Shown here: piece after piece, positions 19,826-39,918 of the stretch | Layout of the letters: each line of letters opens with the position of its first letter | Position numbering within the stretch: position 1 is the stretch's first letter | Source of the DNA: the human T2T-CHM13v2.0 reference genome, Homo sapiens | Length of the DNA: 64,000 bases | Assembly: GCF_009914755.1 (NCBI RefSeq) | Contig: NC_060938.1 | Direction: 5' to 3' (one strand) | Made by a program: the position numbers and the translations under genes | Notes under the pieces: generated by a model | Told to the model about the DNA's origin: nothing | Seen by the model: only the letters and a program-made list of their open reading frames with translations | The model's database searches: none

Positions 19826-20390
19826 CCTTGTACAGCTACTCAGGAGGCTGAGGCAGGATTGCTTGAGCCCAGGAGTTTGAATCTGCAGTGAACTATGGTT
19901 ATGCCACTGCAATCCAGCCTGGGCAACAGAGCGAGACCCTGTCTCTAAATAAATAAATAAAGCCCTTGTATCCAGAATATATAAAGAACTCTTACAGCAC
20001 AATAAAAAGACAACCCAATTTAAAAATGGGCAAAGGATCTGAATAGATATTTAAGGAAGACAGACAAATGGCCAATGAGCACATGAAAAGATGCTCAACA
20101 TTGGCGGGGGGTAGTGGCTCATGCCTGTAATCCCAGCACTTTGGGAGACCAAGGCGGGTGGATTACCTGAGGTCAGGAGTTTGAGACCAGCCTGGCCAAC
20201 ATGGTGAAACCCTATCTCTACTAAAAATACAAAAAATTAGCTGGGTGTGGTGGCGGGCGCCTGTTATCCCAGCTACTTGGGAGGCTGAGACAGGAGATGC
20301 ACTAGAACCCAGGAGGCAGAGATTGTAGTGAGCCCAACAGCCTGGGCAACAAAAGCGAAATTCTGTCTCAAACAAAAAACAAAAAAAAAC
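19826..20390 (+). mobile_element. Alu monomer, L1M fragment and AluS
   Basis: Alu consensus; L1 ORF2-like GCACATGAAAAGATGCTCAAC. Confidence 0.8.
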
Positions 20391-21088
20391 CCCAATAATT
20401 GTGATCTATAGTTTTTAATCCTGAAAAAAACTGAAGTGGTCATGGTAACATGCCCCTAAATTTAAGCAATTCTTTTTAAAATTTTGATTTAATTTAAAAC
20501 GTTTTTAGCTCTATTTTCTCTCCCACAGGAGACAAGTAAGCAATTCTTTACCTAGAGAATCTAATTTATTAATATAAAAACTCACATCTAAAAATGCCTT
20601 ACTGCTTTTTCTTATTTGTCATCAGTGGACGGACCATCAAGCAGGAAATGCTGCTATCCGACCTGCCCTTGCAGCCAAGCTCCAAAGAAGTGACCATTAG
20701 TGGAACTTCTCCCTAGACTCTCAGCCAAAACCCTTAATGAGTAACCTCACTCACCATAATCTGTCCAAAACTGATGGCAGCCTTAGAGTCTATTCTTGGG
20801 TTTCAGAGTCTACTGACCAAGGAATAAGGAGATCAGGGAGAATATGTATTTTGTTATACCATAGATGTGTTCCTCATAATTCAAATACAATCCAGTGGAA
20901 TTTAGAGAATCTTATTTCTATACAGAAATACATTCCCAAACTCTAACTTGCAAACTAAAAGGACAGCCTAAATCAAAGATAAGGTGTTGTAAATGTATTT
21001 CTAATAGGTTGCAAAAACGCTTAATCCTGAATGACCAGAGATTAGGGGGAGGGAAAAAAAGTAAAAACAATTTTCATTGAAAATTTAC

Positions 21089-21685
21089 CTGAAAAATGAA
21101 ATTTCTCTTCAGAAAAACGGGCTAGCTGTGCACATATTCTGCTTTTCTCTTGTAACAAAGTTTCTTTTAAGGCACTTTCTCTATGTCCTCTAGAATTAAG
21201 AGCTTCAATAAGCTGGTCTAGCTGTTCACAAGAACTGTAAAAGCACCACCGATTTGGCTTATGCACTGGTTTTGGCAGCTGCACAGAATGGTCACGTGGA
21301 CCTTGGTCAATGTTGGAGGTAGATTCAGACATCAAAGGCTCTCCAGTTTTAGTGGATACCTGAGGATCTTGAGACTGTACATTATTCTGAAATGATGAAG
21401 GTCTAGGCAACAGCATGTCTTCAGTAAGACCAGAATAATCCTCTTCAATAAAGAGTCCAGGAATAGAAGGGAAAATCCAGTATCGTCTATACATGCGGTC
21501 GCGACCCAAGGGAAAGATATTGGTACAGGCTATGGCACTTTGGATTTTTTCTAAGAGCTCTTTCTCTTTTCGTTGGTGTTCCTGTTTTAATGCTTCTTCC
21601 TCATCAGCAGTAAGAGGCTCTCTTGTTACACAGTTGATCTGTTCTTGCCTTGTAAATTCTTTAAATCCATTTTGTCCTCTTTTCC
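21089..21685 (-). CDS. BAZ1A: BAZ1A exon 18 (597 nt; WHIM2/WHIM3, PLGRDRMYRRYW and LNSRGHRESAL)
   Basis: ttacag|GGAA ... TCAG|gtaaat; ORF 21042..21719. Confidence 0.98.
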
Positions 21686-21773
21686 CTGTAATTAAAATAA
21701 AATGTTTCATCATCATCATATTTCAAGTTTCCATTAGAAAAATATGAGATACAAAGTTACCCCAAGTTATTAG

Positions 21774-22153
21774 GTGTTATGAACTAAACTGTATCCCCTC
21801 TCCACAACCCCAAGTTCATATGTTGAAGCCCTAACCTCCAATGTGACTGTATTTGGAGACAGAACCTTTAAGGAGGTAATTAAGGTCATGAAGGTGGGGA
21901 CCTAATCCAACATGATTGGTGTTCTTAGACACCAGAGATCTTGTTATCTGACATGCACAGAGAAAAAGCCATGTAAGGATATAGCAAGAAGGCACTGTCT
22001 GCAAGCCAAGAAAAAGCCTTTCAGACACCAACCCTGCTTGATCTTGGACTTCCAGACTCCAGAACTGTGAGAAAAAAAATTTCTGAAGTTTCTGTTGTTT
22101 AACCCACCCCAGTCTGTGGTATTTCGTTATGGCAGCCCAAGCAGACTAATACA
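21774..22153 (+). mobile_element. MLT1 (MLT1B-like) MaLR solo LTR
   Basis: TG...GCAGCCCAAGCAGACTAATACA LTR termini. Confidence 0.85.
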
Positions 22154-22224
22154 CTATGTTAATAAGAAATCAATATACTTAAATCTAAAGGGGCATGCAA
22201 AATCTGTCATTTCCATACTGGAGA

Positions 22225-23572
<1,348 letters not shown>

Positions 23573-23574
23573 AA

Positions 23575-24680
<1,106 letters not shown>

Positions 24681-25355
24681 CAGGAAATTTTCTATCTACT
24701 TAGAGTAACCATTTAAAAAAAATACAGAAAAAAAGATCCCATGCAAATTATAGGCACAGAATTAATTAAGGATTTCTTTTGATAGTCATTAAATAAGGTC
24801 ATTAAATAAATACACAAGAAATTTGTATTAACAACTTTTAAAAGATGTATTTGCTTTGATCTAGCAATTTATGAAATAATTTTAAGGCAGGAGAGATTAC
24901 CATTTTCATCAACATGATACAAATTATGAGCATTATTGATCTTTATATCTCTAGCACATAGGAGGCATCCAATGCATGCTGAATGAGTACATTATAGAAT
25001 ACAAATTTCTATTTGGCCCAAAAAAGTAGTAAATGTAAAAATTCAATGAAGCTTGATGACTAACCAAAAGTTGAAATTATGAGAAACTGTCCTATTAACG
25101 ACATAGGAATATTGTATCTTCTTTCTAAAGTATAGATGGTGTGTAAATAATGACCCAATCATAAATGTACTAATAGGACTTCATAACACATTTTTACAAC
25201 TCATCACAGCTATGAGGTGGGCATTTAAAAAAACAAACACAGCCTGGAATCACAAATGAAAGCAATCAATATATTTCAGAGGAGCTGAATTAATAAAGTG
25301 CTTTATTGGTTAAAAACAAATACACAAGAATGCCCTAAAGAAATTTCAGTATTAC

Positions 25356-25480
25356 CCCTTCTGCCTCTTTTATGTGATCCTGGGTCATCTTCATCTTCAG
25401 TGACCATATCTTGATCTAATTCCTTTTGCTCTGTGTCTTTGCTCTCAATGCTAGTATCAAAATCTTCCCTTTCTTCCTCC
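25356..25480 (-). CDS. BAZ1A: BAZ1A exon 17 (125 nt; EEEREDFDTS...HKRGRR)
   Basis: ctaaag|GGAG ... AGGG|gtaata; phase 2-1. Confidence 0.95.
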
Positions 25481-26414
25481 CTTTAGGATAAAAACAAAGA
25501 TGACATTTACTAATGAATATATAATTCCATTTATGAAATATTTATTGCTTGCTTATGAAGTACCAGGCATTATAGGCTTAGGAAGTAGTGAACAACATGA
25601 CACAGTTTTGGTCTTGCAGAGAAAACAGATAATTACACAAATCATTTAAAAAATATGTAATAAGTACTAAAACAAGAGAAGTTCAAGGTACTATGAAAAC
25701 ATTTCAAGGAGAATGAAACTGACTCTTAGGGATCAAAAAGGCTGGCTTGAAGAAGTGATATTTTACAATGTGAGACCAGGGAGATGGGGAGGAGTGTGTG
25801 CTACAGAGGAATAACATACACAATGGCACAGAGCTCAAGAGAAATGGGAGGAGCTTATAATTTTGAGAAAAGTGTAAAGGAGAAAGCAGTAATCCAAGAG
25901 GTAGATGAGAGAAAAAGGCAGGGTGAGATTAGGCTGGGCCTTGTAAGGCCTTATCCAAAAAACAATAGGAAAAAACCAGAAGAATTTAGAAAAGGGAAAT
26001 GATATTAGAAAGTGCTGTAGCCACTGTGTGAAAAATTACCTGGGAAAGAAAGTAGATGAGGGGAGATCAGTAAAGAAGCCAGTAATAATAGTAACAGATC
26101 AGTAGTGGTCTAGGTGGCTGGCTAGGAAGTGATGGTGGCTTAGAGTAGAAGGAGAGAAGATGATAAATAGTGGAGGAGAGAAATTCAGAAATAGTAAACA
26201 GGCAGAATGAACACAATATAGTTGTTTAATTCATTATATTATCCAAATTAAAACTAAAATTATATGAACCTTGAAATAAATTACACCATTATGTTCTAAA
26301 TCCACAGTTGGGTTTTGCAAGTTCTAATGTAAGGACAGCCAAGGAAAATGTAAATGAGTGGGGCTGAATAAATATTTAAAAAATATGAAGATGTGAAATC
26401 CATAGTGTTACTTT

Positions 26415-27760
26415 TCTTTTTTAAAAAATTGAGCTTACATACCATAACAATCACCATTTTAAAGTGTACAATTTAGTGGTCTTTAGTGTATTCACAAGGT
26501 TATGCAATCATTACCACTGTCAATTCCAGAACACCTTCATCATACCAAAAGGAAACACCATATCCATTAGTAGTCATTTCCCATTTCCTCTTTCCTGCTG
26601 CCCCTGGCAACCAACATCTACTCTCTACTGATTTGCTTATTCTGGACATTTCATGTAAATGGAGTCATACAACATGTGATCTTTTGTCACTAGCTGCTTT
26701 TTTTTTTTTTTGAGACAGAATCTCACTCTGCTGCCCAGGCTGGAGCACAATTTCGGCTCATTGCAACCTCCACCTCCAGGGCTCAAGCAATTCTCCTGCC
26801 TCTACAGGTATGTGCCACCATGCCTGGCTAATTTTTTGTATTTTTAGTAGAGATGGGGTTTCACCATGTTAGCCAGGTTGGTCTCAAACTCCTGACCTCA
26901 GGTGATCCGGCCGCCTCAGCCTCCCAGAGTGCTGGGATTACAGGCGTGAGCCACCGCAATTGGTCGTGAGTAGCTTCTTTAGCATATATTTTCAAAGTTC
27001 ATCCACATGATAGCCTGTATTAGAACTCCATTCCTTTTTATTGTTGAACAATATTCTCCTGTATGGACATACCACGGAAGAGATATACCTTTGTTTATCC
27101 ATTCATCAATTGATGGACATTTGGGTTGTTATCACTTCTGGCTATTAAGAATAATGCTGCTATGAACATTTGTGTATACATTTTTGGATGAAGGTATGCT
27201 TTTAATTCTCTTAGGTATATATCTAGGAGTGCAACTACTGGGTCATACAGTAACAAATGGTTTAATTGTCGGGTCATACAGTAACAAATGGTTTAATTGT
27301 TTGAAGAACTGCCAAACTGTTTTCCAAAGTAACTGCATCATTTACATTCCCACAAGCAATGTATGAGAGTCCTGATTTCTCAACTCCTCATCCAAACTTG
27401 TTATTGTTTGTCAATTTGATTATAGCCAGCCTACTGGGTGTGAAGTGGTATCTTACTGTGGTTTTGATGTACATTTCCCAGATGATTAATGACGTTGAGC
27501 ATCTTCTCATGTACTTATTGCATATCTTCTTTGGAGAAATGTCTATTCAAATCCATTGCTCACTTTTTAATTGGGTTGTTTTTAAGATTTTTTTTCTTTT
27601 AATTATTTCTTCTTTATTTTTTGACATTTAAAAAATTAACTCCCTATTCTGAATCTTTCAATTTTTTATTGTTGAGTTGTAAGAATTCTTTCATATTCTG
27701 GATACAAGTCCCTTATCAGATATATGATTTGCAAATATTTTCTTCTACTGCGAGTTTGTG
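26415..27760 (-). mobile_element. L1MB-like 3' fragment with AluS (26698-26964)
   Basis: antisense L1 ORF2 C-terminus (YDP..ALL.IY; MFIAALF). Confidence 0.85.
27240..27300. repeat. Perfect 30-bp tandem duplication
   Basis: gggtcatacagtaacaaatggtttaattgt twice, separated by one C. Confidence 0.95.
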
Positions 27761-28287
27761 ACCTAAGATCTTAAGGCTTATTAATGGGTATTTTTATACA
27801 CAAGTATTAAAAAGTCAAAGTCAATATACTAATTTTGGAATATTGAGTTTTTTCAGAACTTTCCTTTGCAGATTTCATTAAAAAGGAAAAAAGATGATTT
27901 CTGTCAAATTCCTACTTGTTTTCATAGACAATCCTATCTCAAATATTCTAAAATGCAATAAAATACTTGGGTATCTCTAAATTACTTAAGGTGCTGTCAT
28001 CCTCTCCCTATATCATCTACCAAAAAACATCCAATCTCAACCCTGTTCCTCTATACAGCACAGAATAACTCTGTGAAATACAGTGTACACCTGTGATATT
28101 GGTGGAGGGGACAGATAAATATATTGGTTAAAAATAGCCTATTGAGTGTTTTTCTGGGAAATTATCATGTACCTATAATAAAAAGACAACTTTTCTAAAA
28201 ATGTGAAAGCATTTTTAGAGTTTAAGGTGTCTGGTTTTTATTCTTTATGTATGGTAAAGCAGATGAACAGTGTGATTCAAACCATAC

Positions 28288-28401
28288 CCAATAGATATAT
28301 CTGCCGTTGAATTTCTTTGCTCATCTTCTTTCAGTTTTTCTTGTTTCTCTTTCATTTTTTGTTCTTGCTCCTTAAGTTTTTCTTCCTTCCTTTTACGAAT
28401 T
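28288..28401 (-). CDS. BAZ1A: BAZ1A exon 16 (114 nt; IRKRKEEKLKE...ADISI)
   Basis: ttttag|AATT ... TTGG|gtatgg; ORF 28245..28478. Confidence 0.96.
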
Positions 28402-28537
28402 CTAAAAGTTAAAATGAAATATGGTAGTCTATCTGATGCACATATACATTTCACTTTTAGCATCTTGTCTTTAATCAAATCATGGAAAGTACTTCAAACA
28501 TTATTATAAAACTATAATGTAGTAATCATTCATAAGC

Positions 28538-28795
28538 TTTTTTTTTTTTTTTTTGAGACAGAGTTTCACTCTTCTGCCCAGGCTGATCCTGCTTCCCAGG
28601 ATCAAGTGATTCTCGTGCCTCAACCTCCTGAGTAGCTGGGATTACAGGCATGCACCACCACGCCCGGTTACTTTTTGTATTTTTAGTAGAGATGGGATTT
28701 GGCCATGTTGGCCAGGCTAGTCTCGAACTCCTGACCTCAAGTAATCCACCCTCCCAAAGTGCTGGGATTGCAGGCGTGAGCCACCACACCTGGCC
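28538..28795 (-). mobile_element. AluS with internal deletions
   Basis: antisense Alu consensus. Confidence 0.88.
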
Positions 28796-28930
28796 TCATT
28801 CACAAGCTCTTAGTAAAGCCATCAAACATCAGTATAATGAATGCCACATTATAGCACCATGTGAAATATGGTTTTAAATGCAAAGAAATAAACAGCTTTC
28901 ATTAACACAACTATTACAATTATCTCTTAC

Positions 28931-29096
28931 CTGGCAGCTGCTTCTTCCCTCTCTTTTCGATGTTGTTCTGCTTTTAATTCCCGGAACTCCTGCTTTGCCT
29001 GTCGTAATATATCAACATAATCTTCAATAAAATCCCTAGTTGAAACTAGGGTCAGTAGCTTTCCACAGAGAGCATGGAGTATCTTCATTTTTTCTC
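28931..29096 (-). CDS. BAZ1A: BAZ1A exon 15 (166 nt; WHIM1 region, EKMKILHALC...EEAAA)
   Basis: tgacag|GAGA ... CCAG|gtaaga; phase 1-2. Confidence 0.96.
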
Positions 29097-29239
29097 CTGT
29101 CAAAAATTGGTAAATACTTCTGTATTATAAATCGCAGCAAATGAACTGTGTTTGAACTTTTTAAATTTGTGGCTCAATGTGAAAATGCCTAATAAAGAAT
29201 ATGGAGTAGTCTCTCAAACATGTCAATGACATGTCTTCA

Positions 29240-29616
<377 letters not shown>

Positions 29617-29632
29617 CTATCTTGTATACTAG

Positions 29633-29986
<354 letters not shown>

Positions 29987-30025
29987 AAAAAAAAATATGG
30001 AACGCTTCACGAATTTGCATGTCAT
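29987..30025 (-). pseudogene. U6 snRNA 3'-end fragment fused to AluY
   Basis: minus strand ATGACATGCAAATTCGTGAAGCGTTCCATA-T9 equals the U6 3' end with one CpG-type mismatch. Confidence 0.92.
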
Positions 30026-30324
30026 GTTTTATTTTACTTATTTGAGACGGAGTCTTGCTGTGTCGCCCAGGCTGGAGTACAGTGGCACCATCTGGGCTCA
30101 CAGCAACCTCTGCCTCCTGGGTTCAAGCGATTCTCCTGCCTCTGCCTCCGAGTAGCTGGGACTACAGGTGCACAGCACCACACCCAGCTAATTTTTGTAT
30201 TTTTAGTAAAGATGGTGTTTCACCATGTTGGCCAGGCTGGTCTCGAACTCCTGACCTCAGGTGATCTGCCCACCTTGGCCTCCCAAGGTGCTGGGATTAC
30301 AGGCATGAGCCACTGTTCCCAGCC
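30026..30324 (-). mobile_element. AluSx-like
   Basis: antisense Alu consensus. Confidence 0.92.
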
Positions 30325-30945
30325 CTCAAGTTTTAACTTTTTGGCTGAGTAACTGAAGTTCAAATCAATACTAAATTATAATCACATGAATTAAAAAAAG
30401 ACAATGGTAAATTACTATTTCTAAAAGACTGCACAAAAAAACCACCATAAATTATAAAGACTGCAAATGTTAGGAAGTAAGGTATTCTACTTTACTGTAT
30501 GTTCTCTAAAGTATACTAAATTAAACTCTTTACTTGTACATGCAATTTTTTAAAAAAAGGAAGTGAAAAATAGCTTCATCTTAACCTCATATACTGTTTC
30601 TCATACCTCAAACACTTATTCAAGTGAATGGCAGGATTTAGCAGCCATTTAGATTTAAACTTCTGATACACTAGTAAATACAAGAGAAAGCTAATTTTCT
30701 AGCTAATTCTCACCCTTTTAAACTCAGTAGATGTAGTAGACTAATCATACGTTTAAAAATATTAGAAAATCCAAATAAAAAAGACAATCATAAATAAAGT
30801 TAATATGAATAATAACAATAGTTTGCTTTCTCTTTTTCTCTTTTAATACTGATTTATTGTAAAATTTCTCATCAGCTCCTTAGTTTTCTGGGCATAAGAG
30901 GGAGGAAGTGGGCAGGTTATGCAAATTCCAACTTGCAAAGCTTAC

Positions 30946-31170
30946 CTGGTGTCAAATCATACACTGAGGTGCTTGACAGTTTCTTCACTAGACTGGGATT
31001 GCTCAAACGAAGCTCCATACAAGCATCATCTGTAGCATCAAATCCTCCTCGTTTTTGATATCTATACTTTGCATTTGCTGATGTTACATCAGCACCTGAA
31101 GCTAAGATGTGCAGTCTGAGGATTTCTGAAAGAGTGCAGCTATCAAGATCCAAACTTTTCAAACTGCAGC
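30946..31170 (-). CDS. BAZ1A: BAZ1A exon 14 (225 nt; CSLKSLDLD...VYDLTP)
   Basis: ctatag|GCTG ... CCAG|gtaagc; ORF 30917..31198. Confidence 0.97.
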
Positions 31171-31294
31171 CTATAGTTGTTAAAAATGAAATAGTCATTT
31201 AGAATATAAACAATAAATACTCAGCAATGTAAATGTGCCTTTATAAAATTAAAAATAAAAAGCCAAACAAAAAAAAAACAAAACCCACACATAC

Positions 31295-31390
31295 CCTGGT
31301 GTAACTGTGGCCATGCAGCTGCCAAAGATGCAACTGCAGACAGTGCAGATTTTGTGGGGTCTGCATCTTCATCCAAAGCCTCTGTTAAAT
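31295..31390 (-). CDS. BAZ1A: BAZ1A exon 13 (96 nt cassette; LTEALDEDADPTKSALSAVASLAAAWPQLHQ)
   Basis: ttaaag|ATTT ... CAGG|gtatgt; phase 1-1, skippable in frame. Confidence 0.94.
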
Positions 31391-31750
31391 CTTTAAGGAA
31401 ATAAATACTTTATTCTAGTGCAAATCAAAGCTTGAATATTTGGGAATAATGCCCGTTTTAAATGATGAAAGAAACAGCAAACGCCTTAACATTCGGAACC
31501 TCAAAAGAACAAACACTAGGTACAAGCAATATTCACATTCTGCTTCATCACCACCTACAGCTATAAATCCTAAACCAAGCACTACACACTGACATTTCTG
31601 TAAATTAACAGAAAAGACAATTTCCAAATTACCAATGAGACGCACATAAACATTCCCCCAAAAGATAAAATGCACTTTAGAATTAAAAACAAATCTCCTC
31701 ACTCAATATAACCTTAGAAAAGTCTACCTTGAAAATTGGAATCTATTTAA

Positions 31751-33789
<2,039 letters not shown>

Positions 33790-35334
33790 TGACTCTGGAT
33801 CAGCAGCTTTCAAATTCTTCCAAAAAAAAAAATTTTTTTTCTTGAAAACTCAATATAAAAGAGATAAAAGATGCTCCTCCTAAAGTGAGATATGGAGATG
33901 AGAATTCTGCCTTTTCATCTTTCCAACTCTCCTGCAGTGGCACTGAAGAATTTCTGAACAACTTGTAGGGTGCCTTGGGTTAGAGTTTGAAAATCACTAG
34001 GCTAATCTTCTGTGGTTCTTTAGCCTTCTACTATATGACTCCCCTACCAAAGTTCAAAGCCTGACAAAATTAACCTTAGAGAACAGTCCCTTACTAAAGG
34101 AAAAAGGCAGCTCTGGGATCGTATCTGATTACAATCATCGACAATTTCATGGCATTTAAAGCATACATAGGGCCACACAGGAGAAGCTATCTATAAAATT
34201 TGCATATATGCCAAAAGTCATTCCTACCAGACCTAATCTAGCCCAAATGACAGAAATCATATTCTTCTGTTGCAGAAAAATACTAGACCTAAAATTTCAT
34301 CAATGTTCATTTTACATATAAAGCCAAACAAATTTAATTAATGAGCACTCCAAAATTAACAACAGTCCTAGATACAAAGTTGTAAAAGGTGTTGGCTCTC
34401 ATCCTGCAGCAATCACCACATTCAACCTATACCATCTATAGAAAGTTATAATTTCCTAAGACAAAGGCTATAAAAAGGCCTTTAGGAAATGAAAAACCAA
34501 TGAAATGTATTTTTAATTGTGTTAAATAAAGTAATATGCTAAAATATATTCTTTAACTCTTTATCATATGTCATTCTTAAGAAACTGTAAATATCATTCT
34601 AGGATTTGCTTAGTGATAGTCACTTGGGTACATCACAACGAAGAGAATATAGTTGAATTATATCCAGTATTTTATGACTACCTGCAACAGATATATTTAT
34701 TGTCATGATAATCTAGAATTAGGTGCATACAATTCCAACACTAGACAATGATCCAACAAATACACAAAACTGTTCTATATAAAGAGGATGCTCTTGTTCC
34801 CATACTTTGAAGGGCTTTTTAGTTCATGATATAAGACTAAAGAGAGGAACTGATGTATTAAATGTAAGATTTTTTAAATTGGTGGTCAAAATCTCTCAGG
34901 TTTGATATAAAAACAGGGAGACCAAGGGCCAAAGAAATTAGATCTTCTCAAAGACAAGTAATTTTACAGGCAATGCCAGAGAAACAAATATTCAAAATTT
35001 CAACTTCTTTACCGTATTATGAAACAACATAGCATAATTGTAATGAGTATCTAGATCAGATTGCTTGAACTTGTATCCCATCAATTCCTTATTAGCCATG
35101 TTTCTTCAAACTAAGCCTCAGTTTCTTTATATGTAAAATGCAGAAAATAATATCTACCTCAAAAGAGTAGTATGAGAATTTAATGAAACAATGCGTAGTC
35201 TCTTACATCACTTATTAGCTATGTGATCTTCAGTAACTATGTAAAATGTGGCCAATAATAAATAACAGGAAAGTGAGAAAAGAGTGAAAAATGCCAGACT
35301 TATTTTTTTTCCTCCCTAACATTTAAATAAATAT

Positions 35335-36335
<1,001 letters not shown>

Positions 36336-37271
36336 TAGTAATGGCAATTCAAACACCAACCATTGCTTAATATATATTTTTCCTTTATACTGATTTTCCC
36401 ATACTATTTCCTTTTTACCGTACTTTTGTTTTCCACCATGACTTCCAAAACTACAAAATTCAAATCTGGAATTAAATACAGCTTTATGTCTTGTATTGTT
36501 AGAATTTGATCAATAACCCTATAATGCTGTTGACCACTAATAAATATAATAGCTAAAAGAATTATCATTTAATTGACTAAATTATCTGAGGTGACAATAG
36601 GGGTCATATTGCTTAAAATGGTCTTAATAAGGGACCTATGGTGGTTAGCACTCAAGCTAGATATAAATATATTTTTGCTTGAACTCAGGCTGTAAAATCA
36701 AAAGGCAACAAACATCAATGCACACTCATCAATATCCTGTTGCTTCAGAGACCAGGCATGAAGGAAGATGATCCTGAATTATCTAAGGTCAACAAAACTA
36801 TCTGACTGGAGGAATGTCCCATCTTTCTGTACCAATATTCTGATATCAAGATGTCTCCTAACAGTTCTGTTTTACTGTGAATTTTTATGCAACACACTCA
36901 AGTATTGTTTAATCAAGTTTCTGGTCCTAAATCTCATATATGGCAAAGCTCAAGGTATTATTCAGGAGGCCAAATCAATCTCTTATTAGAAATGCTTAAC
37001 ATTTCCTATGACTGAGGTAAATCCTAAACAAAATAGTGAACATACTGTTTTAAAAATATGAAAAGGTTTGCCTCAAGAATTATTCCTACATTAACACGTA
37101 CCATACACTGACTCCAGATATTTAAGCGTGCAGAACTTAAAGGGCAAATTATCTAGTTCAAACTCAGAAGTAAAATTTTATTTAACTCTGATGTAAAAAC
37201 TGTCAGATCTAAAATGAAATCAGCAGTAGTATTTTCATTTTAAAGTATTAATTACAATTAAAGTATTTCCT

Positions 37272-37649
<378 letters not shown>

Positions 37650-37944
37650 TTACAGATACTGGTCAATGAAATCTGTAATGCTCCTAAATCATAGGAAAAG
37701 TCTAAAGGAATAAAAGCAAGATAGACTGAGGGAAAATATCTTTAAGGTTGTCAGACACAGGTTATATCAAAACAAAATTTTTGTAACATAATCCATTTGT
37801 TGTTAGCATATGATTCAACATCAGGTAACCTGAACAACTATATTTTATAAGCATAAAAGCCAATTTAACTTAAAATTGGCCCTCAAAAATTAGTTTCGCT
37901 ACAAAACTACTATGGTTCAATCAGCAATAATGTTGAACTCTGAC

Positions 37945-38091
37945 CTTTGGTGTCAGCATCAGTTAGTTGCTCTTTGGCTACTTCCTCTTCTTCTTCAGCT
38001 ATTGCCTGGAAGATTGCAGTCAGGAAGAAAAAAAGCAATTCACACAGTGGGCCTTCACTGTCATTTCCTACAAGAGCTTCCTCTAATACTT
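37945..38091 (-). CDS. BAZ1A: BAZ1A exon 12 (147 nt; DDT end, VLEEALVG...DADTK)
   Basis: tcacag|AAGT ... AAAG|gtcaga; phase 1-1. Confidence 0.96.
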
Positions 38092-38696
38092 CTGTGAATA
38101 AAATGTTTAAAATGAATTTAAAGTTCTGTTCATGTACTGAAAAAACAACTCCACTGGAATAAACATGTAATCAACAATAGTATGTGCAACTATTTTCTTA
38201 AGCATCAATTTATGAAAGTATAACCAAGTATTATCCAAGCCAAAATAAGAATTTATAATGATTACAATAAAATACAATAAAATCGTAAGCCAAAGTCACC
38301 TCATTCAAGTAAGTCAAAATAGCCTCAATAGATCAACATATTTCATTTAAATTTAAATTTAAGGCACAAATTAAGGCACATTTTAAAAATTACAATTTTA
38401 TTCTAATCTGAACAATGCAAATATTTGTTATTGTGCCACTGTTCCTGAGGGCTATGTATGTGCAAATAGGGCATAGAAGAGGTCATTATCCGCATTAGGT
38501 TTTAATCCTAATATTATGTCTAAGTCATAAATAAATGTTTTTTATCTAATTCATCTCACCTAAACCAGCACTGTTTAGACCTCCTTGATCTATAAGACAC
38601 AATGATTCTTGCTTCATCCACCTCATAAGGAGAAATAAAAGAATTTGAAAGCCCTCCTAAAGAATATACTTTTATTAAAATAAGAGTGGCATTATA

Positions 38697-39312
<616 letters not shown>

Positions 39313-39509
39313 ATGAGTGGCATTATAATTCTCTATTTCAAAGTCTCTACATGGATTTTAAGAAAATTATTTTACCATGTGACAGCCAAAAATTCAAAAT
39401 TTGATCCAAATCTTTCCTTATACTATACTCATTATAAATGTTTATACAAAGTAAAAGTATATAAGTACACAGGCCAAAGAGAATTACAAATAAAGGTAGG
39501 CAATAACCT

Positions 39510-39913
39510 GTCTGCAAACACCCATATACCACTCCCTGCTCAAGAAGTGGAGTCTATTCCACAATCCTGTTGAATCCCACGGTGGCCTCTCACTGCTCTG
39601 ACCAATGGAATGTGGCAGAAGTAAGGCTGTGCCAATTCCAGGCCTAGGCTTTAAGAGGGCTAGCAGTTTCTGCTTCCTGCTTCTTAGAGCCCCCAGGTGC
39701 CACATAATAAGTATGAGATACTCTGATGAAATGAAAGGCCACATGAAGAGGACCGAGGCACCAGACCTGTGTGAGAAGAAGCCATTTTGAACATCTAGCC
39801 AGACCAGAGAGATCCCAACTCCAGTGCCCCCACAGAACTTTACAAGGTGGCTTGTTTTTTTAAAGCCACTAATTTTAGGATGAACTATAATGTAGCAATA
39901 GATAACTAAAGCA
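39510..39913 (+). mobile_element. MLT1 (G/H-like) MaLR LTR
   Basis: AAGCCACTAATTTTAGG...GCAATAGATAACTAAAGCA 3' terminus. Confidence 0.78.
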
Positions 39914-39918
39914 CTTGC

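Noticed and set aside
31440-31560. GTGATGA C-box-like motif on the minus strand upstream of exon 13
   Set aside because: No matching CTGA D box or terminal stem at a suitable distance, so no snoRNA call
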